Notes under the pieces: generated by a model
Told to the model about the DNA's origin: nothing
Seen by the model: only the letters and a program-made list of their open reading frames with translations
Database searches by the model: none
Virus record (IMG/VR): IMGVR_UViG_3300033143_006101
Location: 62,001-126,000 of that record
Strand: one strand, 5' to 3'
DNA length: 64,000 nucleotides
Program-made: the position numbers and the translations under genes
Part shown: positions 31,513 through 41,625 of the stretch, one piece after another
Numbering within the stretch: position 1 is the stretch's first letter
Layout of the letters: each line of letters opens with the position of its first letter

Positions 31513-32295
31513 ATGACAACAAAAAAAACCAAGAAAAAGAAAAAGAAAACAGTAGTAGAAGTAGGTAAAGAATTGATGGACCAAGGAGGTCCCATTCTAG
31601 AAAACCTTGAAGAAGTCCACATAGATCCATTGGAATCTTTTTCTCTTATAGAATTTGAGTTAGGAGCTATCGGTTCTAAAGAAGTATTACAAAATAAAAT
31701 GCACGATGTACTTCTTGAAAAAAGAAGAGAAGAGTTTGAAAAGGAGGAAGATGAATAAAAAAAGGGATATGATAAAAAAAATCCGGATGTAGATTGTTTT
31801 GTAACAGCTCATTGGATTGATCCTAAAAACAAAAAAGTAGGTTTTCCAGCAATAGCTTTTAAAAAATCTTTTGTAATAGCAGCCCGTAATATTTTCGGTC
31901 CTAAAAGTAAAATGAAAACAGCTTTAGATAATGCTATTTTTGTAGTACCAACAGCAAGCCGAGGTCTTATCCCTGTAGATTATAAAAAATACAGCAATAG
32001 TATAGAACTCGGTAATCTTGGTGGACAGAAAAATAAACTATGCCCTTTCTATAGAGCAAAGTTTTCTGATTGGAACTGTAAAGTATTAGTTGTATTCGAT
32101 GAAGATGTAATCTCGTCTCGTCAATTAGTAAAAGCCGTATTAAAAGCAGGAATCTTTGGTGGTATCGGTGCATGGAGAGCAGCAAAATCAGGAACTTACG
32201 GAACCTATACAATAACAAAAATAGGCAGTCAGAGAGTAAGAGAATTGGTTAAATATACCATATCAAAAATAGATTGGGCACAATATATAATTTAA
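31513..32295 (+). pseudogene. Cas7/RAMP-like phage protein; one reading frame interrupted by a single in-frame TAA at 31756-31758
   Basis: Track ORFs 31513..31758 and 31912..32295 share a frame, which stays open after the TAA (KKGYDKKNPDVDCFVTAHWIDPKNKKVGFPAIAFKKSFVIAA). RAMP-like elements: IEFELG...LQN (beta1), GFPAxAFK helix, RAKFSDW.CKV.VVFD, and G-rich loop AGIFGGIGAWRAAKSGTYG. Confidence 0.72.
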
Positions 32296-32303
32296 CATAT
32301 AAA

Positions 32304-32570
32304 TGGATTGAACCTTAAGCGGTTTTCTTGATTCACTATCAGGCAATCCGAATTAGATAAAAGATTAGATTAGCTTAGCCAAGAATAGACCAGAGCAGAA
32401 AAGACAAGACGAGTCGGGCAGAATCTACAGCGATTATTAAGGTTCATTACCTTACTGCCCAAATTAGATAAAAGACTAGAATAGATCAGACTAGAATAGC
32501 AAAGAGCAGACTAGATTAGAACAGGAGCAGAACCTATAAGAGGTTATTGAGATTCACTATCTCACTACTC
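32304..32570 (+). ncRNA. Structured non-coding array: three tRNA-like cloverleaf units alternating with two (AGA-NN)10 tracts
   Basis: Units at 32304-32350, 32416-32460 and 32525-32570 share the same geometry with compensatory base changes. Tracts at 32351-32415 and 32461-32524 have strict 5-nt periodicity. Confidence 0.8.
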
Positions 32571-32683
32571 AAATTAAATTCCTCCTTCCCAACCCCAGCT
32601 TGCTCTTAGCTCACATGTGGACCCATAGCTACTTTTATAAGAATGTACTTGACAATTAGTACATATATATATAATAGTCATTT

Positions 32684-32878
32684 ATGGATAAATTTGATTT
32701 CGATAGAAGAAACAATAACCTCAAGTTAGCAAACAAAATAATGGACTACCTGGAAGATTGCCACATATCTGAATGGGAAGAAGGATTCTTAGAAGATATA
32801 CAACAACAACTCTAGTTCCCCTTCTTTACACTATCCGACGCTCAGAAAGATAAACTAGACACTATCCTGGATAAATAA
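32684..32878 (+). pseudogene. Small ORF interrupted by an in-frame TAG (32813-32815)
   Basis: MDKF...HISEWEEGFLEDIQQQL*FPFFTLSDAQKDKLDTILDK. The two parts together fit the small phage helical pattern SEWExxF....LSxxQxxKLxxI. Confidence 0.5.
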
Positions 32879-33151
32879 CCTTCACTCACCTCGTATGGTA
32901 TTTACATATCCTCAAATAAACGCTCCCACATCTCCCACTCCTCATCATCTATCTCCGGAATACCTTCAAAGAACATGTCTATTAGTAACTCCTCACAATC
33001 ATCCCAATCCAATACCTCACGCCTCCTGAAAAACTTCCTCAACCTCTCAAACATATCACTACCTCCTATCAGTCTTACTCTATATAAACGTAAAACTACC
33101 CCAAACCATGAACCAAAATAAACCCTCAACCTACCCCCAACTTGCCCCTGG

Positions 33152-33208
33152 CTCACTCCTAACTCGCGTATTACCCCCTCTCACTCCTAATTCACTCCTA
33201 ACTCGCGT
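33152..33208. repeat. Short direct repeats tcactcctaa(ctcgcgt)
   Basis: Copies start at 33153, 33181 and 33192. Confidence 0.7.
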
Positions 33209-33368
33209 GTGAACCGGTGTAATTAACTATGGATCCATAGTTACTTTATAAAATTATTAATTCTATTTCCAGCAAAAAATTAGTCTCACAGACAAGAGAG
33301 GCTGGGTACCCACCCGTCACCACCGGTGGTCAGATGTTGAAAGGGGTACATTATAGACCACCCTCAAT

Positions 33369-33473
33369 AATTGACCATCATCAAAAGTTGACCGGACTAC
33401 AATTGACCATCATCAAAAGTTGACTAGGCAATGACTGACCACACGGGATTATGTCCCCTGTCAAAAGTTGACC
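33369..33473. repeat. Iteron-like 24-bp direct repeats
   Basis: aattgaccatcatcaaaagttgac at 33369-33392 and 33401-33424; partial tcaaaagttgacc at 33461-33473. Confidence 0.8.
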
Positions 33474-33507
33474 TACTCAAATTTTTATGGAATAAAAGCC
33501 CAAAACT

Positions 33508-33751
33508 GTCAGTTTTTCGGAATTCCCAATACTCGGTGCAAGCTCGTCACAGGGATGGATGTCCTAGAGTTTGAGTCTGGTAAAGCAGTAATACCAGCAT
33601 AGACAGATATAGCTAATCATTAGACATATCTGTCTATGCTGGTGTTGGACTGAACAGATTTCCGGCTTTTGTCGGTTTTTCGGAATTTCCAATACTTGCA
33701 TCCAGTCAGTCTGGTTTGATAGATTGACTGCCTTATTGAGGATGGATGTCC
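33508..33751. repeat. Imperfect duplication bracketing a 15-bp-stem hairpin
   Basis: gtc(a/g)gtttttcggaatt(c/t)ccaatact at 33508 and 33671; ggatggatgtcc at 33553 and 33740; hairpin at 33596-33640. Confidence 0.7.
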
Positions 33752-34059
33752 AACAGGTAAGGTATAATAGCCCGATCTTGAAAGAGATCATAGCTGTTCT
33801 ATATGCGGGGTGAAAAGGTGCGAGAATTATGAACCGCACTATAGACTAATGATAGAGACATAGTTCTCTGTGGATTAAGACTTTCACTAACTATATATAG
33901 ACGAAGGTATGCGTCCACAAAGCCAACCTCCGGCTGAGGACTATAAACTATAGGGGGTGGGGTGATTAAGTTCACTTAAACGCCCCTCCTTTTCCCTGCC
34001 CATCCACCATGCATGTATTATGGTAGGGTGGTCAGAGATTGACCCCTTTGGAGGTTGTA

Positions 34060-34425
34060 ATGAGAAACAATTATTACAAGGAGTTTTTACAGGCTAACGG
34101 TTTGCTTTCTAAGTTTAATACTTGGAAGACAGAGCAGGTAGCAAAGAATCGGTATGACAAGATCAAGGATCAGGTTAAGTTTTATCATCTTGATTTTGAT
34201 CTGGAGAACGCATCTGTTGTGATCACTTTTGATCGTGCAGATCAGTATCCGACCGGAGATCATATTTGTTATAAAGATAACAATTGGTCTTTTGGTAGCA
34301 AGTCAACTGCTCAATCTATGAGTAAGGTTAAGACTGCTCATGGTGATTGCTATCCTATGCAAGATGCACTCCGCAAGTTGAAGTTCTTGCCTGTAGATAC
34401 AACTCACAAAGAATACCGTAGATAG
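34060..34425 (+). CDS. Hypothetical protein, first gene of the early-type block
   Basis: SD ggagg before ATG 34060. Confidence 0.6.
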   Translation: MRNNYYKEFLQANGLLSKFNTWKTEQVAKNRYDKIKDQVKFYHLDFDLENASVVITFDRADQYPTGDHICYKDNNWSFGSKSTAQSMSKVKTAHGDCYPMQDALRKLKFLPVDTTHKEYRR

Positions 34426-34978
34426 TTTAAGTGCATGGTGACCAAGTGAACTTGGTCACTGGCGTACCTAAATTTATGGAGGTTTAACATGAGAAACACA
34501 TTAGTTATAGGACACGATGAGAAGCATCATAAGGCTAACAAGTTTGGTCGTTGTAAGTCTAAGTGTATACCTAGTACATGCTTAGAATATAACAAGTGCC
34601 AGACAGAATTAAACAAGCCTATGGTTCGCAAGATACTTGGACTTGCGTAGTTACAGGATAGACTAAGTTAACTTGGTCTATCCCGTAATTAAATTAACTA
34701 TGGATCCATAGTTAAACTTATGGGTTCTGGAGGAAAGTATGAAGCTAACATAGATAAACTCTTGGCGATCATTACATGAGATAATGTATCATGGTGCAAG
34801 TCGTCAAGAGCTTATACATTATGTCAGGAGGTATTATGAACGGTAGGATTAGTGATGAAAGACTCCATGCTTATGTTCTTAAAGCATGGAGTAAGATGAA
34901 GAGAGGTTATAAGAAGTCCCGTTAATGGGATTTCTTATGAGCTTTTAGCTCATAATCTAATTTAGGAGGTGTTAACAC

Positions 34979-35146
34979 ATGTTAACATTAGAGATATTGC
35001 AAAAGAATCTTTTCTCAAAGGCAAAGACATTTAAGACTGGTTCAAAGGGTCACTATGTACACGGCAAGGTCGTGGACAAAGACGGCACTGTGTTTCAGAT
35101 GAATGCCAATGTCGTACAGATTGGTTCTAAACCGCAACCTAAATAA
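34979..35146 (+). CDS. Small phage protein (55 aa, not in the ORF track)
   Basis: MLTLE...AKTFKTGSKGHYVHGKV...FQMNANVVQIGSKP; SD aggagg. Confidence 0.6.
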   Translation: MLTLEILQKNLFSKAKTFKTGSKGHYVHGKVVDKDGTVFQMNANVVQIGSKPQPK

Positions 35147-36146
35147 TTAACTGCTGTTGCTTAGGCAGCTTGACTTGTCCTAAGCAACCAGGAGTTAACT
35201 AACTCAGGAGGTTAGAGATGAAAGACCAGATACTAAATGAAGTAGCATATGGTGTCGCTAAGTATGTTAAAGACAGACGAGCAGCAAGAGATCATCGTCA
35301 TCCTCTTGCCGGTTCTATTGTAGAACCTAGCCTCATTCCTCGTCGTACATATGCTCCACTCAATTCCATTGGCAACATCATCAAAGCCAAAGGACAGACC
35401 ATTGGAGTAAAGGTAGACACAGAGTAATTCCTTTAGCTTAGCTATGGGTTTAACTATGGATCCATAGCTAAGTCTAAGCACTTATTTAATAGGAGGTAAC
35501 ATGAAAACAAGAGTGTATTGTCACAAAACTCATGGATGGAAATCTGTTGACCAACTTGGGAATATCACTGATGCTCTCAATAAAAACAGGATGACTATCT
35601 CATGTAAACGGACAACTCATGTTAAGTAAAGAAGAACGTAAGAGACTACAGAATGCCATGAGGTATATCGACATGGCCAACGAGATAACAGATAATCTCG
35701 TGAAATCTGCAAGTAAAACCTACAAAGATTATGTCACCCGCAAGTAATTTAACTATGGATCCATAGATAACTATGGATCCATAGTAAAAATTAAAGGAGG
35801 TTATATGGACGGTAATTATGTCAGCATCAATCGTAGTGTAGTAACATGTAAGAAGCAGAAAGGTGAGAGAACAGCTATAGTACACAGGGGAGCATGTAAA
35901 CAGTGTCCCTTTCATCAAGACATAAGATGTCCAAACTAAATGTTATTCGATAGGATTATGACAGAACAAAACAAAAACCACAAAACAGATTATGATAGGT
36001 TAGTACGACTGTTAGAATCTATGGGAATGAGTACAGAACAAGCAAAACTCACCTCAAAAGACAGACTCAAACAATAAGGCATTATGTTATAGTTAACTGA
36101 TATCCTATAGTCAGGATATCAGCTTACTTTAAACCAGGAGGTACTT

Positions 36147-36659
36147 ATGAGTAATGCAACAGTAGTAAACGATTCAGTTAAGGAAGCTATGGGCAAGCTC
36201 CTCAAAGAGTTAGCATCAGTTGAGGAGAAACTTATAGGTAAAACCAGTAAGTATGATGCAAAGATCAATGTTCTGAAGGCTAAGAAGGTGAAGGAAACTA
36301 AGTCTCTGGTTGAAGAACTTGTTGGTATGCAGAAACATTTACTGGAACTTGCTGAATCATATGAGTTCGATGGTGATACTAAGACAGTAAGGTATGAGAT
36401 TGGTGATGTGTTTGCCAAGAAACTACCTGATACCTTGTTGATTCCTGATGTGGATGATACTATTGAGAAACTGGAAGAGCATGACTTCGATGATTGTATT
36501 AAGAAGGTTAAGACAATCGTTCGTAAGGCAGTAGAGAATCTGTCTGATGAAGATCAAGAAGAGTGTGGTATCTCAATTAACCCAGGTAAAGACAGGTATT
36601 ATTACAAAATCAACAGACTCAAAACCTCAACTGGACTCGTATTCCCTAAATCTGAGTAA
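36147..36659 (+). CDS. gam: Mu Gam-like host-nuclease inhibitor (DNA end-binding)
   Basis: N-terminal coiled coil, then KTVRY..G.V..KK.P..L.I.DVD..IE.L......I..K.I.RK.......GI.I..G.D.YY. Confidence 0.7.
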   Translation: MSNATVVNDSVKEAMGKLLKELASVEEKLIGKTSKYDAKINVLKAKKVKETKSLVEELVGMQKHLLELAESYEFDGDTKTVRYEIGDVFAKKLPDTLLIPDVDDTIEKLEEHDFDDCIKKVKTIVRKAVENLSDEDQEECGISINPGKDRYYYKINRLKTSTGLVFPKSE

Positions 36660-37207
36660 CACTGGAAGACTCCTTAGCAATAAGCCTAGGGAGTCTGTCA
36701 GTACTACGCAGATAGCTAGTACTACTATAAACCTCCCGCTGCCATCCCACATGTCCTAAATGAGAATTAACTATGGATCCATACTTGGACCACAGGAATA
36801 GTTAATCATGTGGGATGCGGGTGAGATGTTTCTAGTTATACGCATAGATATTAGTAATTTCACACATCATTACCCAAGTGTCTACCCAGCGATAGCCAAC
36901 ACCTTGTCCTACGTCCCATTGACTATATATGGCAAGTTGGGGCGTGGCTTGGGTGTGATTGGTGAGGTTATTGTCTGCCTCAAATTCTATACAGGAGGTA
37001 TTGCATGTCAGTTATAACAATTAAGTTTGAGGATCTCACTGAGAAGAAACAACAGGAGATACTAGAGGCTTATGAAATCGTGGATTACAAAGAAGTATTC
37101 CCATACGTACTGACTGAAATCTATGTCGAAGAGAATATAGACCTTATTACATCCTGTGAGGTTAAGCTACCGCCTTGTACACTATGTTCCTGTACAAAAT
37201 AATTATG

Positions 37208-37302
37208 TGGGAGAAGGCTGAGCGTAGTTTCAGCCTTCTCCCATAACACCGGACTACACTTGAGTAACACCGGACTACACTTGAGTAACACCGGACTACA
37301 CT
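37208..37302. repeat. 14-bp-stem hairpin followed by 21-bp tandem repeats
   Basis: tgggagaaggctga/tcagccttctccca, then taacaccggactacacttgag at 37244 and 37265 and a partial copy at 37286. Confidence 0.85.
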
Positions 37303-37545
37303 GGAATGTGTATTTAAGGGCTAATTTGGGCATGATATGTGTTACGGTTTGTGTAATGTGGTGTAATACGTGTCACGAATTGGATAATCGTGTTAAAGAG
37401 AGGATGTGTAATACAAAAAGAACACAAAGGCATACAATTTATATAAAGGTGACATAATTTGTCCCTTACTACAGAAAGAACACAAAGGCATACAATTGTG
37501 TTCTTTTATTGTAGACATATGGGAGAGGTTATGATAGGAGGTAGT

Positions 37546-37785
37546 ATGAAGATACCATTTAGTAAGATACATATTACATTTATACATATTGAATTAGTTC
37601 CTGACAAGTATTACATCAAGCCTATCAAGAAGCAGTTGAAGAAGTTAATGGCTGCAGGTCACAAGATACAGGCTATTAAAGTGTTACGTGATTTCAGTAA
37701 AGAGAATGGTCATCAACTAACATTGAGGGAATGCAAAGATTTTGTTGAGGATACCTTTCCATATCCTGAGACTGTTTATGTGTAG
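37546..37785 (+). CDS. Protein with ribosomal L7/L12 C-terminal-like domain
   Basis: GHKIQAIKVLRD...LTLRECKDFVE; SD aggagg before ATG 37546. Confidence 0.55.
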   Translation: MKIPFSKIHITFIHIELVPDKYYIKPIKKQLKKLMAAGHKIQAIKVLRDFSKENGHQLTLRECKDFVEDTFPYPETVYV

Positions 37786-39357
37786 ATGAGTTTAAGTATT
37801 CTCGGGTAAGTTCCTTGTGGAACTTATCGGAGAGTAATTAAGGAGTCGCATGAAGTATAGAGTATATTTATCGGAGACTACACATCAAAGTGTTATCGTT
37901 GAGGCAGACAGTGGTAAGGAAGCTGAGACTAAGGCACATGAGTGTATGTTTGAAGATGGTTTTAATTGGGATGGTAGAATGGAAACCAAGATACATGGTA
38001 ATGATGTTGTAGGTGAGCATGAGAATCTTGAACACTGTTTTGATTATATTAGTGAAGAGTTATGTGATGGCTGAGATACTTATATTTGTGCTTGTTGTGA
38101 TAGCAATAGCCTGGACTATATTTGAGGTAAGGATAGAGCGTCATTGTACTGGGTGTATTCATTATTATAAATGGAGTAACCCTTGTATTACGTGCAGGCA
38201 TCATTATAATCCTAAGGATAGGTCTTAGGGCTTATCCTTAGATTTATAAGGAGGTAAGTATGACAAAAGCAGTAGCTGAAACATTTACAACTAAAGACCT
38301 AACAAAAGCAGTTAAGGCAGCTCTTGTTGAGTGCAAAAATCCTTATGCCCAGACATATCTCAGGGCTATTCCATTATCAGCATTGGAGTATGGGAAGGAA
38401 GGAATACAAGTACAACTTTTGTATTGCCTTTCCAACATGCAGACATGGAGAGGAGAAACTGCAAGACAGTGTAAGAAAGTAATGAAATACTTTAGTAAGT
38501 AATAATGTTATACCTTGTCTTATGTAGAGACAGGGTATAAATTATTAAAATTGGAGGTAAGTATGAGAGTAATTAAGTTTCATCCTGGTGCTAACAAGAA
38601 GTATCAAGAAGCAAAGGAGAAGATAGCTGAGGTGGAGAAAGAACATCCTGAAATAGCTGAGAAGATGCTACTATCTTTTTATCAGATATGGGACAGGATG
38701 CTTACCATGCTTTTTAACGGTAATATTCCAAAGGATAAGTATGGTGAAGAGGAGAAGGATTACGAGTTACATATTGCAAGTGATTTTGTAGTTGGATCCT
38801 TTTCATTTGTTTATATGTATGATGAGAAGAGGGATTTCAATGGAGGAATAATACTTCATGGATTTGGTGAGACCTTTTCTGTTGAGTTGACTGCTCCTAG
38901 TCATCCACACTGGAGTATTCATACGTAGGATTATTAGCTCCCTGATAAGGGAGCTAGTAACTTTATGTTAGGAGGTTTAGATGGCTAAGAAAACAAGCAG
39001 GCGTAAGACTAGAGTAACACATAAGCATATTGGTATGTGTCCTAGATGTAAGAAGACTAAGGAGTTACATACTTTACGTGCGATGAAGGTCACTGGTTGT
39101 GCTGAATGTCTTTCTATATTTTTAGATGTGCTTGAGGAGGATCCATTACGATGAAGAAATTGATTAAGAGTAAGAAGGATATAGATCGGTACATTCAATC
39201 TGAATACGTTGATGATCTAGAATGGTCTACAATGGGGATACTTTATGTGAGACTGAACCAACAGAGTATCCTTGTGTGCTGGTTGATGAGACGCAAGTAG
39301 ATTATGAAAATTATGAATTGAATGTTAAGTTTAATTTTGTATATCCATCAGATTTTG

Positions 39358-39445
39358 TAGATTGAAGCCTGCTAATTGGTAGGCTTGAGTTTATTGAGTA
39401 AGCTGAGAGGTGTCAAACCCTAAACAGTATTGGAGGTAGTTATGA
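39358..39445 (+). repeat. ~88-bp intergenic element duplicated at 53669-53757
   Basis: Three differences over 88-89 bp; spans stop, hairpin, second small hairpin, SD and ATG. Confidence 0.9.
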
Positions 39446-41625
39446 CAGAGGTAATGGAGAAGATTGACTTCCCTTCTAACTTTAATGCAAATAACTATAA
39501 GCTTATTGCTACTGTGAAAACAGAGAAGGATGGCGGATATAGTAATGGGCAATTAAGATACAGTAAGGACAGGAATAAGTATGATGTAAAAGATGTTCCT
39601 TTATCTAGTGGACTTTATACTAATGGGTCATACTTATACAGAGTGATTGGTGAGTATAGTGAATTTTCCATTTATGTTTTTGAAAAGCAAGTATAATATA
39701 TCACCAGTAAGTTATATGTTTTCTGACATACTGGTGATATTATTAAGGAGGTACTATGAAGATTGCGAGTATAATAAATAGTGTAAGTCAAGTAACATCT
39801 GATGCTGTTGATGTGTTATCACATCCAGCCAAGTGTGTAAAACATGAGGTTAAAAAGGCGTATGCTTTTTATAAGATAATAAGTTCATAGTATTACACCT
39901 GAGGTGACTCACCTCAGGTGTAATATTATTTAACTGGAGGTAACAATGAGTACACAAATCAATGTTATAGTATTTGATAGAGATCAAGATACTATTATCG
40001 AAAACATTCTTGTGTTAGCACAAGGGGCTGATGACGCTGAACAAATCTTTTTAGATAAGTGTAGTGTTTACTTTACTAATTGGGATGAGTACACCGATGC
40101 AGACAAGGAGGCTATTTTAGATAATGGGTTTGAACAAAATTCCCACAAAATAGTATTCATTGGTTGGCCTGATGTTATAGACAAACGTAACTAAAATTTA
40201 GTTACTTGGAGGTAACAATGAGTGACTTTTTAACCTTTAGATCAAGAGCATTACAAGCACTTACTTTACTCAATTCAAAAGATCGTCCACGCTTTTCAAG
40301 CATGGAGGATAAAGAGAACTGGGTAAAAAAAGAATACACAAGACATTTCAAAAATGGAGTGTACAATTGCAAATAGGAACATTACAGAGAGATGGAACAG
40401 TAACTAACACAAGGATTATAAACCAGAACAATTTGACAGCAGAGTGCTGGTCTATACAGTTTCACGGTATAGAATACTGTGACACTTGTGAGTTCAAAGA
40501 CACCAGCAATTGTGGTGGAAAGAATATCCGCAAGACCCTGGCAAATGAGAAGGGTAACAAGATACCTTTATAGAAGGAGGTAGTATGAAAGCTAAGAGTA
40601 AAGCTAAGAAACAGAGAAAGAAACTCAAGGTGCTTCGATACTTTGAGGATACTTTGTATTAGATTGATGTCTGCCTTCGGGCAGTCATGAATTTATTCCA
40701 GGAGGTAATATGAATTGTTTACATTGTGCATCATCCAATGTTACTGAAGTATGTAAGGAGACTCTTTTAGTTTATCGAGATCCTGATACTGATGAGGATC
40801 TTGGTGGCAGTGAACTTCTTGAGAAAGAAACTTTACATTACTATTGTTATGATTGTGAAAAGAAATTTGATCCGGAAGATTAATATTCAGGAGGTTGTAT
40901 GAGTAATATGGATCCTAGCTTTTATGAGTTTGAGTATGATAGAAAAGTAACTGTGTATCTAGTTAGAGGTACTCGCATTATACAAACTAGAGTACACGAG
41001 AGACAAGCTATATTTGATGAGGATAAAAAAGGTAACACTTCGCTAAGAAGATATTACTTTGTCAAACTTCCTCATCGTAATGGTCAACTTTCACGACAAA
41101 AGATATCTGAGGATAGATTATATCCCACAGAGAAAGACGCGAGACTAAGTACTAGCATCACAGTAGAAGTAGTAAAGTAATATCAGATGAGTCCTAAGTT
41201 AGGACTCTTCCGAGTTTATTCCAGGAGGTAGTTATGTATATATATAAACAGAGTGAGCCACAATTATATACTGTAGGATTTTATTCTCCGGATGATAATA
41301 AGTGGCATCCAGAGAGTGATCATTCATCAAGTGAGGAAGCTGCAAAGCGTGTTGCTTGGTTGAATGGATCCGGTAAGGCGTGATAAGTTTTCATTTGCAG
41401 TTGGCTACGATAATTGTAGTCAATCGCAAAGTAAACCTAAGGAGGTTAAGTATGCCAAACAGATATCACATAGGTAAAGGTGGAGTTACAAAGAACCAAT
41501 ATGGGATAGAGTATGAGCATAGTCCTAAAGAAGTGAAGCGATTAAGAAAACATCGTAAGACTAAATACGATGCGAGAAAACCACAGATAGTATGTGTAGA
41601 CATTAAGAAGTAGAAGGAGGTAAGT

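Larger units (their letters stand above)
33224..36784. repeat. Cluster of the palindrome AACTATGGATCCATAGTT (six copies here, more elsewhere)
   Basis: Copies at 33224-33243, 34694-34715, 35451-35470, 35751-35766, 35769-35785 and 36769-36784. Variants at 19026, 28621, 32615, 50507, 60101 and 62388. Confidence 0.85.

Noticed and set aside
32351-32524. Pentamer tracts as a simple microsatellite or a canonical CRISPR array
   Set aside because: NN positions vary freely at fixed unit number, and the tracts are bounded by covarying structures. There are no 25-45-bp repeats with unique spacers and no cas1/2.
32304-32570. Genuine tRNA genes
   Set aside because: Units are only ~45 nt, with no anticodon arm and no encoded CCA; reported instead as tRNA-like elements.
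32649-32675. Sigma70 promoter TTGACA...TATAAT after the array
   Set aside because: Spacer is only 15 bp; not confident enough to list.
37244-37302. Mini CRISPR array
   Set aside because: The repeats are head-to-tail with no spacers.
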